A stretch of 61,544 nucleotides of DNA from Candidatus Enterousia avistercoris (GCA_017694255.1 JADINC010000023.1:1-61544); one strand, 5' to 3'. Positions 26,272 to 36,626 are shown, counted from the first letter of the stretch. Made by a program: numbers and translations. Notes: generated from the letters alone by a model not told the origin.

Positions 26272-27030
26272 TTATTTTGCCATAACTTTTTCCAATTTTG
26301 CCCGCAATTTTTTCATATCGTCATACTTGGTAAACTTTCCTTTTTCTGCAATTGATATATCACCGCTTTCTTCCGACACGACCAAAACAGTTGCCCCAGA
26401 CACCTCTGACAGCCCCAGTGCCGCGCGATGTCGCGTCCCATATTTCCAATTTAAATTATTCTGGGACAATGGTAAAATTCCGCCCGCATACGCGATACGA
26501 TTTTTTTCGATTATAACCGCCCCATCATGCAGTGGTGTTTTATTAAAAAATATAGTCAGCAATAATTCACTGGAAATAACCGCATCAATTGCGACACCTG
26601 GCTTTTCAATTGCACTTTCATCCAACGTGCTGGGGAAAACAATTAATGCGCCCGTATGTTTATTCGACATATATTCCACGGCGGACACAATTGCATCCAG
26701 TGCCCGTGTATCTTTGGTTGCGATTCCACCGCGCCGAAACAAACGCCGCCATTCATCAATATTTCCCATCAGCGCCATAAATTTTCGCAATTCAGGCTGG
26801 AATACAACAATCAAACTAATAGACAAAAACAATGCCGTCCAATGTAAAAACGCCCCCAGCAAATCCAGATGCGCCCACGTCAATATAAAACTGACCGCCC
26901 ATAACGCCCCCAGCCCCAACAGCCCACGGACCAAGCGTTCTGATGATGTATTATGTATAAAACTGCGATAAAACATCCACAACAAAACAACAATAACTAA
27001 AATCTGTACCAGTGCAATCCAATCAAACAA
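26272..27030 (-). CDS. cdaA: Membrane-bound diadenylate cyclase (CdaA/DacA type, c-di-AMP synthase)
   Basis: Three N-terminal TM helices followed by a DAC domain with GALIVF, PLHDGAVII, GTRHRAALGLSE and TVLVVSEESG. Confidence 0.8.
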   Translation of the reverse strand: MFDWIALVQILVIVVLLWMFYRSFIHNTSSERLVRGLLGLGALWAVSFILTWAHLDLLGAFLHWTALFLSISLIVVFQPELRKFMALMGNIDEWRRLFRRGGIATKDTRALDAIVSAVEYMSNKHTGALIVFPSTLDESAIEKPGVAIDAVISSELLLTIFFNKTPLHDGAVIIEKNRIAYAGGILPLSQNNLNWKYGTRHRAALGLSEVSGATVLVVSEESGDISIAEKGKFTKYDDMKKLRAKLEKVMAK

Positions 27031-27042
27031 AATTTTCTCCTT

Positions 27043-29139
27043 TTAATTACCAGCTTTATTTATAATTTCCATGGCCAGTTCTTCGACCGGGCGCATCATC
27101 CATTCTGGGTCCCCACGTTTCACGGGCGCCCCACGCGTCAATGCTGTTTCACACGGCGTATCATCAGCCAGCCAATTTTCCAACAAATCGCCCGCCAGTA
27201 ATCCAACCCCGGCCCCAGCGACCAAACCAATTCCCCCCGTAAACGGCGCCAACAACAACCCAATTCCTGTGGCCGATGCAACCTTGCCTGCGACGGCGGC
27301 CCCACTGATACGCACGGTTGGTTCTGCCAAACTGCCTGTAATTTCAATAGAATTAACGACATTCCCCGTCAACGATAACTTTAACCCGCGCACAGGCACA
27401 GTCGTTAATGACAACTGCATACTTTCACCCCCCAGATTTAAATTCCCCGCCAATCTAACATTTATCGCATTTGTTTCCGCTGCCACACCGTGCTGGGTTT
27501 CAGCGACACCTTCGCGCAATTTTGTATTCACAACCGCGCAAGAAATTTTCATCTGGTTATACTTTTTTTCTGAACTGAACAAATCTTGGATACTGTGTCG
27601 CAACGTCGTCAAGAAATCCGTCCCATACATATTTGCAACCAACGCCGAATGCGCATAGCCCGCCCCATCAGAATACACACGCACCGGCCCTGTAATCGTC
27701 TGCATCCATTCTGACATATTCGCCCCACTGGCCTCTACATACATTTCAAAATTCATGGGCAATTCAGAAATAAAATCACTGATATTAATCTGATTCAGCA
27801 ATGTACCAATAACAACTTTTCGTCCAATTCCACCCATTTTCACATACATTGTTCCATCTGGCGCGATTGAAAGATCAGCCGCCGCCTGGATCGCGCCATC
27901 CGCAAATATTGTTTTTGCGTCCACCCGCATAATTCCATCCACAGACCGCACATCCAAATTGATATCACGAATATCCATATCCCGATACACGACCAAGCTA
28001 TCAATTATCGCATGTAAATTTAAATCAAATTCACGCAACTCTTTACCAAACAATGGCATATCATGAAAGACATTCAAATCCCGTTTTGGTCGCACCCATT
28101 TTTGATCATACAATTCAGGGAACAGTTCTAACAAATTAATTTTCTTTGATTCCAGCGCGACATTTATTACCGGCCGCGCACCCGACCAATCGACCCCCCC
28201 AGAAAACGCCAACGTATTTCCACGCACTGTGATTGCAGAATTCCTGAACGTCAGTTTTTCCCAATCAAAACCACCAGTAATATTTACTTTCATTGTCGGC
28301 ATCTGGGCCAGGTTTAAATTAAATATATCCCCAACCGCTGTGATATCTGGGATATCACCTTTGACAATAAAATCAATTGGGGCCCGACTGGTACCTTCTA
28401 ATGCAACATTTGCAATCAGCGCATCCCCACCTGTTGCGAATGCGACACGCACAGGATAAACCTTGCGCTCTGCATTATATTTAGAAAAAGACACAATAAA
28501 CGGGAAAACATCATCATCTGATTTTATCCAACCACTGTATTCACGATTTTCATCATGCGGTATATAACGAATCTGGAACCCAGAAATAAAATATTCTGTC
28601 CCAAACAAATCAATATCCAGATTTTGTACCTGTATCCCCCCCAACCCCGGATCGACGAACGGATAGTCCATTGGCGCATTATTCTTTGATTGGGGATTTT
28701 TTGTATCGGTTCCAATTGCATTTTGCACCACCGACAAAATTCCATTATCATCCTGTTCCAGGCAAACCGTTGCGTCATAGATTTTTATATTTTGTATTGT
28801 GGGTCTGTCTTGGAACAAAGAAATCAAATCCAATGTAACATCAATTTTTTCCGCACTGAACGCATTTTCATGCTTTGCCCAGTTTGCATTTGGCACCCGC
28901 ACCTGGTACAACTCTATTTGCGGCCGCAGCGACAATTTCCACGAAACCGCACCATCAATTTCCACCGGCATCCCCGTTGCATCACGCAACACCGCCAGCA
29001 CATTCCCCCGCAACGTTTCCAAATTTATCTGGGACAACGCTATAACAATCGCCACCGCCAGTCCCATTACAAACAAGACCAGCACACGCATAATCGCAAA
29101 AAAAACACTTCTCTTTTTCTTCTTTGGCATTTTTCGCAT
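27043..29139 (-). CDS. AsmA-family outer-membrane biogenesis protein
   Basis: N-terminal TM anchor, then the AsmA-like start LETLRGNVLAVLRDATGMPVEIDGAVSWKLSLRPQIELYQV. Long beta-rich body, 698 aa. Confidence 0.7.
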   Translation of the reverse strand: MRKMPKKKKRSVFFAIMRVLVLFVMGLAVAIVIALSQINLETLRGNVLAVLRDATGMPVEIDGAVSWKLSLRPQIELYQVRVPNANWAKHENAFSAEKIDVTLDLISLFQDRPTIQNIKIYDATVCLEQDDNGILSVVQNAIGTDTKNPQSKNNAPMDYPFVDPGLGGIQVQNLDIDLFGTEYFISGFQIRYIPHDENREYSGWIKSDDDVFPFIVSFSKYNAERKVYPVRVAFATGGDALIANVALEGTSRAPIDFIVKGDIPDITAVGDIFNLNLAQMPTMKVNITGGFDWEKLTFRNSAITVRGNTLAFSGGVDWSGARPVINVALESKKINLLELFPELYDQKWVRPKRDLNVFHDMPLFGKELREFDLNLHAIIDSLVVYRDMDIRDINLDVRSVDGIMRVDAKTIFADGAIQAAADLSIAPDGTMYVKMGGIGRKVVIGTLLNQINISDFISELPMNFEMYVEASGANMSEWMQTITGPVRVYSDGAGYAHSALVANMYGTDFLTTLRHSIQDLFSSEKKYNQMKISCAVVNTKLREGVAETQHGVAAETNAINVRLAGNLNLGGESMQLSLTTVPVRGLKLSLTGNVVNSIEITGSLAEPTVRISGAAVAGKVASATGIGLLLAPFTGGIGLVAGAGVGLLAGDLLENWLADDTPCETALTRGAPVKRGDPEWMMRPVEELAMEIINKAGN

Positions 29140-29161
29140 GTTATTTTACGCCACTTTATAA

Positions 29162-30133
29162 TTAAGGCAACTTAAATTCCAAAAATTTTACCACCTGTTG
29201 CATAAAATCAGGCAAATCTGCACGCAGCGTCATTGTTTTTCCCGACCCTGGATGCCTGAACGTCAATTTATACGCCACCAAGAACAAATTATTCACCGCC
29301 AGCATCGCATACAACGCATCATCTAATCGCTTGTCCGCCCCGTACAGCATATCACCAACAATTGGCGCATGCAAACATAACGCACTGTGCACACGCAGCT
29401 GATGCGTGCGTCCTGTTTGGGGTGAAAACCGCACCCAAGATAAATGGCCACCTGCACGCGACAAAACATCGTATTCTGTTATTGCACGTTGCGGTCGCTG
29501 ACCCGTACCACCGTTCAGACGCGTTGGTCCGTCAAAAACCTGACCCTTTGTCATATAATTATCAATAACCCCATGTGGTGGATTTACATCGCCATTCAAT
29601 AACGCTAAATATTCTTTATGTGCTGTTTTATTTTGGAATTCATCAGCCAGCACCTGGGCGGCACGCTGGTTTTTTGCCACGACCAACACACCACTGGTTT
29701 CCCTGTCCAACCGATGGACCAACGATATCTTGTCATATGGGAACAATGCCGCCGCCATTTTATCTATGGACTTTCTGATACCCGTACCCCCCTGGACGGC
29801 CAAACCAGCCGGCTTATTAAACACGACAATATCTGCATCATCATGAATAATACAGCGGCGCAACCCTTCTAAATCTGCCAAAGAAAAACAATCCCCAGAT
29901 TCCGTCTTTTTTACAGCGGCGCGGGCATATCCTGCCACAGTTGGCGGAATCCGCACGACATCGCCTGTGCGCAAAATTTCTTGGCCACGGGCGCGCGATG
30001 AATTTACACGTATCTGTCCCCCCCGGCATAATTTATAAAATTCACGCTGGGGCATGGCTGGGAAACGGCGCAAGAACCACCGCAACAAACGGGTTCCATC
30101 GTCTACCTTTGATATTTCGACCATTTCCGCCAT
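29162..30133 (-). CDS. RluA-family 23S rRNA pseudouridine synthase (RluC/RluD type, with S4 domain)
   Basis: S4-like N-terminus (RLLRWFLRR..GQIRVN). Catalytic HRLDRETSGVLVVAKN and C-terminal THQLRVH. Confidence 0.85.
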   Translation of the reverse strand: MAEMVEISKVDDGTRLLRWFLRRFPAMPQREFYKLCRGGQIRVNSSRARGQEILRTGDVVRIPPTVAGYARAAVKKTESGDCFSLADLEGLRRCIIHDDADIVVFNKPAGLAVQGGTGIRKSIDKMAAALFPYDKISLVHRLDRETSGVLVVAKNQRAAQVLADEFQNKTAHKEYLALLNGDVNPPHGVIDNYMTKGQVFDGPTRLNGGTGQRPQRAITEYDVLSRAGGHLSWVRFSPQTGRTHQLRVHSALCLHAPIVGDMLYGADKRLDDALYAMLAVNNLFLVAYKLTFRHPGSGKTMTLRADLPDFMQQVVKFLEFKLP

Positions 30134-30148
30134 ATTTAACGGGTCCTT

Positions 30149-30613
30149 TTATTCACCATATATAATCTGCACTGTATTTTCCCCATTGGATTTATTACAA
30201 TCGCCCGACGCGCCACTTTGTGTACGATTTGACAATTCATATCCAACCGAACCGTCCCATCCCTTGGTCACAAAATATTCACAATCTGATTGCGACAACC
30301 CATTAATAGAAATTATAAATTGACGCGGATTTGCTGGATCTGCCGTTATTTCATATGTGCCGCCATATGGATTTTTATTTGACATACCAATTGCGCCGAA
30401 AATTGTTGCATTATTAATATTAGAAAAATCGTCAAATTCGCTGAACATTTGGCGTACCTGGGTCACCATTTGAACAACGCTGTCATTAACCTCGTTATGC
30501 TTTTGCATATTCATTGCGCTGGAAATTGCGGCAATCGCGCCAACAGTTATCACCCCCATAATAGCCAACACACCCATCATTTCAATCATTGAACGTCCCA
30601 GTTCTTGTTTCAT
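30149..30613 (-). CDS. Type IV pilin / pseudopilin-like protein (non-canonical prepilin motif)
   Basis: MKQELG-RSMIEMMGVLAIMGVITVGAIAAI: a short basic leader, a Gly, a Glu at +5 and a ~20-aa hydrophobic helix. Two Cys near the C-terminus. Confidence 0.55.
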   Translation of the reverse strand: MKQELGRSMIEMMGVLAIMGVITVGAIAAISSAMNMQKHNEVNDSVVQMVTQVRQMFSEFDDFSNINNATIFGAIGMSNKNPYGGTYEITADPANPRQFIISINGLSQSDCEYFVTKGWDGSVGYELSNRTQSGASGDCNKSNGENTVQIIYGE

Positions 30614-30663
30614 TTTATAACCTCTATTTGCTATTTAGTTTTTAATATTCTATCATAATTAGT

Positions 30664-32088
30664 ATGAATATTCAATTTTCTGATTTGATTGAAAATAGTC
30701 CCAACGCCCCCGGTGTATACAAGATGTACGACGCCGATGGCACACTGTTATATGTTGGCAAGGCTAAAAATTTATCCAATCGATTAAAACAATATCTGGA
30801 CATATCCAAACTGGAACCGCACAAGCAAGTAATGCGCACAATGGTTGCGCGTGTTGATTGGGAAACGACCCCAACCGAATCAGACGCATTAATTCTGGAA
30901 CAGCATTTAATCAAAACCCAAAAGCCCAGATATAATATCATGCTGACAGATGGGAAAATGTACCCAATGATTGCATTAACCCAATCAGAATACCCGCGCC
31001 TGTTAAAATTCCGGGGCAAGATAACACAACGCCGTGATGTATATGGCCCATACCCGTCGGTCGCCGCATTAAACGAAACAATAAAAACAATTCAAAAGGT
31101 ATGTCGCCTGCGCACATGCACTGATACATTTATGCGCAATCGGTCGCGTCCATGCCTGCTGTACCAAATCGGCCGGTGCAGTGCGCCGTGCACAATACCA
31201 CAAACAGACTATGGCGAAAATGTTGCATTGGCGCGTCGAATTTTAACTGGCGACAGCGAACCGATAATTGCGGACTTAACCCGGCAAATGCAAAAGTTTT
31301 CCGATGCAATGGACTATGAATCTGCCGCCACCATACGCGACAAAATCGCAGCATTAACCCAAACATCAAATCGCGGTATACGCCAGAATCGTGCACATAG
31401 CGCGAATTTTGATTGGACTGGTGCGGTTAATGATTTAGAAAATTTAACCGGCATAAAATTAAATTGTGTTGGCGTATTTGATAATTCACATCTGTTTGGC
31501 AAAAGTCCTGTTGGCGCAATGATAACATTTGGTCCAAACGGTTTTATAAAAACAGGATACAGGCATTTCAAATTACGCGATGCGGCCCGTGCCGGCAATG
31601 ATATTGCCATGATGGCAGAATTTGTCCAACGTGCAACTATGCGTGGTCCAAAGCTGGATTTAATAATTGTTGATGGGGGCCCGGCCCAATGGAACATTGC
31701 CCATAAAACCGCCCCAGACATTCCAACTTTTGGCGTAACCAAAGGCGTTGTCCGCGATGGGGATGAACACTTTATTTTACCAGACGGCACCATATGCCGT
31801 GATATACCAAAAGATTCACGCTTGTTTTTATTATTGCGCGCTGTCCGCGACGAAGCACATCGTTTTGTAATCACATTCCACCGCACTGTGCGCGCGAAAC
31901 AGATGACATCATCCGTACTGGACGAAATCGATGGCATCGGTCCAACACGCAAACGCGCATTGTTAAATCACTTTGGTTCTGTTCGCGCGATTGCGGACGC
32001 CAACCTGGACGCATTAAAACGCGTACCTGGCCTGGGCAATTCGGCCGCCGAAAAAATTTATGCCCATTTTCACACAGAAGTGATATAA
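30664..32088 (+). CDS. uvrC: Excinuclease ABC subunit C (compact, 474 aa)
   Basis: GIY-YIG N-terminus (PGVYKMYDADGTLLYVGKAKNLSNRLKQY), a UVR motif region, an RNase-H-like endonuclease domain (DEAHRF) and a C-terminal (HhH)2 (IDGIGPTRKRALL..VPGLG). Confidence 0.9.
   Translation: MNIQFSDLIENSPNAPGVYKMYDADGTLLYVGKAKNLSNRLKQYLDISKLEPHKQVMRTMVARVDWETTPTESDALILEQHLIKTQKPRYNIMLTDGKMYPMIALTQSEYPRLLKFRGKITQRRDVYGPYPSVAALNETIKTIQKVCRLRTCTDTFMRNRSRPCLLYQIGRCSAPCTIPQTDYGENVALARRILTGDSEPIIADLTRQMQKFSDAMDYESAATIRDKIAALTQTSNRGIRQNRAHSANFDWTGAVNDLENLTGIKLNCVGVFDNSHLFGKSPVGAMITFGPNGFIKTGYRHFKLRDAARAGNDIAMMAEFVQRATMRGPKLDLIIVDGGPAQWNIAHKTAPDIPTFGVTKGVVRDGDEHFILPDGTICRDIPKDSRLFLLLRAVRDEAHRFVITFHRTVRAKQMTSSVLDEIDGIGPTRKRALLNHFGSVRAIADANLDALKRVPGLGNSAAEKIYAHFHTEVI
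31392..31404 (-). repeat. Exact copy of the 13-nt motif CGCGCTATGTGCA (inside uvrC)
   Basis: The plus strand reads tgcacatagcgcg. See the finding on the over-represented motif. Confidence 0.95.
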
Positions 32089-32113
32089 TGCAAGGTATAC
32101 AAAGGAGTAAACA

Positions 32114-32716
32114 ATGAAATTTTTCGTTAACTTTTTATCTGTATTTCGCATTGCTGCGGCATTTGCGATTATACCGACATTAATGTTCGGCATGTATTGG
32201 ACAACGTTTATATTGTACATATTGGCGGCATTATCTGACTTTTTCGATGGATTTTTAGCACGCAAATACAACGTCGGCACAAAACTGGGCGGTGTAATGG
32301 ATCATATTGGCGATAAATTATTGGTTGTTAATACATTTATCATGTTGCTGGCCATGATGCCAGTCTGGTTTATTGTTGTTCCAGTTATTATAATGATTGC
32401 CCGTGAATTATACATCAGCGGTTTGCGCGAATTCCTGGGCACACAAAAGATAGAAATGCCTGTACCAAAAGCACGCTTTTCAATGGGAAAAATCAAAACA
32501 ACATTACAGATGATTACTATCGCGGCATTCTTGTTGTTGTTTGCAATTGGCGCGATGATTACCCCTGAAACAGACAGTCGCACAATTATGTGGTTAATTA
32601 ATGTATTGCCACAAATTGGCATTTGGGGTACATGGTTGTCATTACTGGCATCTGTATGGTCGGCAACCCAATATACATTTACATTTGCACAAAAATTAAA
32701 ACAGATAAAAAAGTAA
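32114..32716 (+). CDS. pgsA: CDP-diacylglycerol--glycerol-3-phosphate 3-phosphatidyltransferase
   Basis: CDP-alcohol phosphatidyltransferase motif DFFDGFLARK...G..MDHIGDKLL. Has 4-5 TM segments. Confidence 0.85.
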   Translation: MKFFVNFLSVFRIAAAFAIIPTLMFGMYWTTFILYILAALSDFFDGFLARKYNVGTKLGGVMDHIGDKLLVVNTFIMLLAMMPVWFIVVPVIIMIARELYISGLREFLGTQKIEMPVPKARFSMGKIKTTLQMITIAAFLLLFAIGAMITPETDSRTIMWLINVLPQIGIWGTWLSLLASVWSATQYTFTFAQKLKQIKK

Positions 32717-32724
32717 TAAAAAAG

Positions 32725-32750
32725 TCCCATCGAATTCGATGGGATTTTTT
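32725..32750 (+). terminator. Rho-independent terminator after pgsA
   Basis: tcccatcg-aatt-cgatggga followed by a T-run. Confidence 0.8.
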
Positions 32751-32755
32751 ATGCA

Positions 32756-32794
32756 TAAAAACGCGCTATGTGCAGTAAATCATGCACACAGCGC
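32756..32794 (-). terminator. dnaJ terminator formed by an inverted pair of the 12-nt motif
   Basis: gcgctatgtgca (32763..32774) pairs with tgcacacagcgc (32783..32794), giving a 12-bp stem with one mismatch. A T-run follows on the minus strand. cgcgctatgtgca spans 32762..32774. Confidence 0.75.
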
Positions 32795-32798
32795 ATTT

Positions 32799-33926
32799 TT
32801 AAAACCATCCTTTTTTCGCAGTTTTTGTGCCGGCAAATTCATTTAACAATTTCTTTTGTTTTTCTGTTAATTTTGTTGGCACAGGCATATTTATATCAAT
32901 ATACAAATCACCAAAACTGCCCGCCCGCCGTGTTGGCATACCATGTCCACGCACGCGCAGTTTTTCCCCTACCTGGGTCCCGGCCGGCACCTTGACCGAC
33001 AGCTTTTTATCATCGATTGTATCTACTTCAATTTCGCCCCCCAATGCCAGCGTTGTAAATGGTACATCTATTCGCGTTATCAAATCTGCACCATCACGTT
33101 CAAAACGCTTGTCCGGACGAATACGCACATCTAAATAAAAGTCCCCAGCCGGCGCGCCATTTTGTCCGGCCTCGCCCTGACCTGCCAGACGCAGCCGCGT
33201 TCCATCTTCGACCCCGGCTGGAATTTTCACATCCAGTGTTCTGGCTTTACGCATAACCCCTGCACCATCACACTGACTGCATTTTTTATCAATCTTGTGT
33301 CCTAAACCGTTGCATTCCGGACACGGTGTCTGCATTGCAAAGAACCCACGACTGGTCTGAACATATCCTGTCCCATGGCACCGTGTACACACTGGCGCTT
33401 CTTTGCCGTCCGCAGTACCAAAACCGTGGCATTTATCACACTCTACATTTGTGGTAAATTTCACCGTATGTGTTGTGCCAAAATACGCATCGCGCAGGTC
33501 AATTACCACTTCGTCCAGCAAATCCCGCCCGCTACGTTGCGATTGCGCCGTCCGGCCACCCCCCATATCAAAACCAAATCCGCGCATAGCCTCGCGCAGG
33601 ATGTCTTCCATACCACTGCCGCCACCCATATTGAAATGAAAGGCCCCATTACCAAATGGATTAGCACCGCCGCCAAACGGATTCGCCCCCGATGCATTAC
33701 CCCCGGCAAACGCAGCATCACCGAATCGGTCATATGCCGCGCGCTTTTGCGGATCTTTTAATATATCAAACGCGTTATTAACCTCTTTAAATTTTTCTTC
33801 GGCCGCCTTATCACCAGGATTTCTGTCTGGATGATATTGCATAACCAGTTTATGATACGCGCGTTTAATATCTGCATCTGACGCATCACGTGCAACACCT
33901 AAAACTTCATAAGGATTTTTATTCAT
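32799..33926 (-). CDS. dnaJ: Molecular chaperone DnaJ
   Basis: J-domain (YEVLGV..DIKRAYHKLVMQYHPDRNPGD), G/F region, four CxxCxGxG zinc-finger repeats and a C-terminal substrate-binding domain. Confidence 0.95.
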   Translation of the reverse strand: MNKNPYEVLGVARDASDADIKRAYHKLVMQYHPDRNPGDKAAEEKFKEVNNAFDILKDPQKRAAYDRFGDAAFAGGNASGANPFGGGANPFGNGAFHFNMGGGSGMEDILREAMRGFGFDMGGGRTAQSQRSGRDLLDEVVIDLRDAYFGTTHTVKFTTNVECDKCHGFGTADGKEAPVCTRCHGTGYVQTSRGFFAMQTPCPECNGLGHKIDKKCSQCDGAGVMRKARTLDVKIPAGVEDGTRLRLAGQGEAGQNGAPAGDFYLDVRIRPDKRFERDGADLITRIDVPFTTLALGGEIEVDTIDDKKLSVKVPAGTQVGEKLRVRGHGMPTRRAGSFGDLYIDINMPVPTKLTEKQKKLLNEFAGTKTAKKGWF

Positions 33927-34066
33927 AATCACATTCCGTTCTTAACTTTTCCAAGAGTATATAAGTAAACCCGAAAAAAAATCAAGCCATAGCCCACGTG
34001 AAAAAAAGATATAAAAAAATTCTTTCACTTGCAAGACCGCGGAAAATGTACTATTAATATCATGCT

Positions 34067-36046
34067 ATGGTTGAACAAAATACACATACATATGACGCAT
34101 CAGATATCCAGGTCCTAGAAGGCTTGGAACCCGTTCGTCTGCGTCCAGGGATGTATATTGGCGGCACTGATGAGAAGGCATGGCATCACCTGCCGGTGGA
34201 AATATTGGACAATTCTATTGATGAAGCGGTCGCCGGCTTTGCCAAAAAAATTATTGTAAATTTAATTGATTCAAAAACCATTGAAATAACCGATGACGGA
34301 CGCGGCATTCCAGTTGACGAACATCCAAAGTACCCCGGAAAATCGGCATTAGAGGTTATATTAACCACCCTGCATTCTGGGGGCAAATTTAATAATAATG
34401 TATATAAAACCAGTGGCGGTCTGCACGGCGTGGGCAGTTCGGTTGTAAATGCCCTGTCGTCTGAAATGATTGTTGTTATTTCGCGCGATGGTTATGAATG
34501 GCGCCAGACATTTTCCCGCGGGAAACCAACCAGTCCAATGACCCGTGGCGACGCAACAAAAAACCACGGCACAAAAATCAGATTTACAATTGATGACGAA
34601 ATATTTGGCGCAAACGCGGTATTCAAGCCGGTCAAGATTTATCGTATGGCACGCGCAAAATCATTTTTATCCCGTGGGGTGCGCGTTGAATGGATATGCA
34701 ATCCTGAATTAATTACCGAAGATATGAACATCCCGGCGCGAACCGAATTTTATTATCCAAACGGGGTGGCAGATTTTCTGGAAGAAAAGACACGCGACAA
34801 ACCACGCATTTTACCAAAAATATTCAGTGGCACGGTTGATTTTCCTGATGATTCTGGTCGCGTGGAATGGGCATTAACATTTTTAACTGATGAAAACGGT
34901 GCGGCATCTGATGACGGATTCTTTTCATCATACTGTAATACAATTGCGACAATCGATGGCGGGACACATGAAACCGGATTTAAATCTGCAATAACCCGCG
35001 GGATAAAGGCATACGGCGAAAAAGTAAACAATAAATCCGCCGCCACAATTATCAGCGATGATGTATTTGATTCCGTTGCGGCAATTGTATCGGTATTTTA
35101 TAAAACACCGCAATTTTTGGGTCAAACCAAAGAAAAACTGTCTAATCCAGAAATTGCGCGCTATACCGAAAACGCGTTGCGTGATCCATGGGAAATATTC
35201 CTGGCGTCCGATCCAAAAACTGCGAACGCCGTGCTAGATTTTGTTGCAAATTTAGCGGCGGCCCGCATCAAAACAAAGCAAGTCAAAGAAATCGCGCGTA
35301 AGACCCCAACAAAACGTGTACGCATGCCGGCAAAACTGGCGGACTGCTCTAAACACGGCATCGACGGCACAGAATTGTTTATAGTAGAGGGGGAATCCGC
35401 CGGCGGCACTGCAAAACAGGCACGCGACCGCGCGACCCAGGCAATTATGCCCCTGCGTGGCAAGGTATTAAATGTTGTATCTAATTCCGACGAACGTTTC
35501 AGTGCGAACAAAGAATTAAATGAACTAATTGATATTATTGGCGCGGGAACCGCCCGGGATTGGGATGAAAATAAATTACGCTATGAAAAAATAATTGTTA
35601 TGACCGATGCCGACGTCGACGGCAGCCACATTGCATCACTGCTGATGGCATTCTTTTACCAGGTTATGCCCCAGCTAATATACGGTGGCCATCTGTATCT
35701 GTCGTGCCCACCACTGTATAAATTAACATGCGGGACCGAATCGGTTTATGTCGACACTGATGAAGAACTAGAAGAATTAAAGAACACAAAATACAAAAAT
35801 AAAAAGCTTGAAATATCCCGGTTCAAGGGACTGGGCGAAATGATGCCGAACCAGTTAAAGGAAACAACCATGTCGCCAAAAACACGGCGATTGATACGGG
35901 TTGACCTGCCCCCACGCACGGACGAAGGGGCCGAAGACACCGAAAAAACCCGCACAATTGTATCTGAACTGATGGGTAAAAAGCCTGAATTCCGATTTAA
36001 ATTCATCACAGAACACGCCCAATTTGTCAAAGACTTGTTCGTATAA
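34067..36046 (+). CDS. parE: Type IIA topoisomerase ATPase subunit, ParE-length (topoisomerase IV subunit B)
   Basis: LEGLEPVRLRPGMYIGGTDE, GHKL ATPase motifs, EGESAGG, a Toprim domain and PLYK. It is 659 aa, without the long GyrB insertion or tail. Confidence 0.75.
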   Translation: MVEQNTHTYDASDIQVLEGLEPVRLRPGMYIGGTDEKAWHHLPVEILDNSIDEAVAGFAKKIIVNLIDSKTIEITDDGRGIPVDEHPKYPGKSALEVILTTLHSGGKFNNNVYKTSGGLHGVGSSVVNALSSEMIVVISRDGYEWRQTFSRGKPTSPMTRGDATKNHGTKIRFTIDDEIFGANAVFKPVKIYRMARAKSFLSRGVRVEWICNPELITEDMNIPARTEFYYPNGVADFLEEKTRDKPRILPKIFSGTVDFPDDSGRVEWALTFLTDENGAASDDGFFSSYCNTIATIDGGTHETGFKSAITRGIKAYGEKVNNKSAATIISDDVFDSVAAIVSVFYKTPQFLGQTKEKLSNPEIARYTENALRDPWEIFLASDPKTANAVLDFVANLAAARIKTKQVKEIARKTPTKRVRMPAKLADCSKHGIDGTELFIVEGESAGGTAKQARDRATQAIMPLRGKVLNVVSNSDERFSANKELNELIDIIGAGTARDWDENKLRYEKIIVMTDADVDGSHIASLLMAFFYQVMPQLIYGGHLYLSCPPLYKLTCGTESVYVDTDEELEELKNTKYKNKKLEISRFKGLGEMMPNQLKETTMSPKTRRLIRVDLPPRTDEGAEDTEKTRTIVSELMGKKPEFRFKFITEHAQFVKDLFV

Positions 36047-36157
36047 ATCACCCATAAACCAAAACAATAAAAATAACACAGAAAAAAAATACGCACATTT
36101 GATATTGACAATATAAAATTTTGTACTACACTAAACAAGCAATATAAAGGAAAAATT

Positions 36158-36616
36158 ATGAAAAAAACCAATAAAATTGATTTGCAACAACCTGTAAAGA
36201 AAACCAAAAAAAGAAAAAACACATATGTTGTAAAAATTAATTCAACAAATGAATTGTTTGCATTGGCATCTGAAACCCCATTGCCAATTATAACGCTGAA
36301 TGGTCAACCTGTTGCGGACAATTCTGGCTGGATAAAATGTGAATCGTTCCCGAACCCAGCGGCCCACAATATGGTTGTGTCATTTCCAAAGCTGGAACCA
36401 ATAATGGGGGAAAAACTGGCATCTACAATCATTGAATATCTGGACAAAGACAGCAATGCCCCTGTTGCAATGTTGTTCCCAACAAACGAATTAATATATC
36501 GTGCTGATTTAAAAAACTTTTTATCACGCATGAATGCAGCATCGCGCCAAGATTTAAAGCGCCAAATGCAAATTCGTGAACGGATTTTAAAACAATCAAT
36601 TGAAAAGCAAAAATAA
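36158..36616 (+). CDS. Hypothetical protein (basic N-terminus)
   Basis: 152-aa ORF with the RBS-like sequence AAGGAAAAATT ATG. No recognised motif. Confidence 0.45.
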   Translation: MKKTNKIDLQQPVKKTKKRKNTYVVKINSTNELFALASETPLPIITLNGQPVADNSGWIKCESFPNPAAHNMVVSFPKLEPIMGEKLASTIIEYLDKDSNAPVAMLFPTNELIYRADLKNFLSRMNAASRQDLKRQMQIRERILKQSIEKQK

Positions 36617-36626
36617 TCAATAAAAA

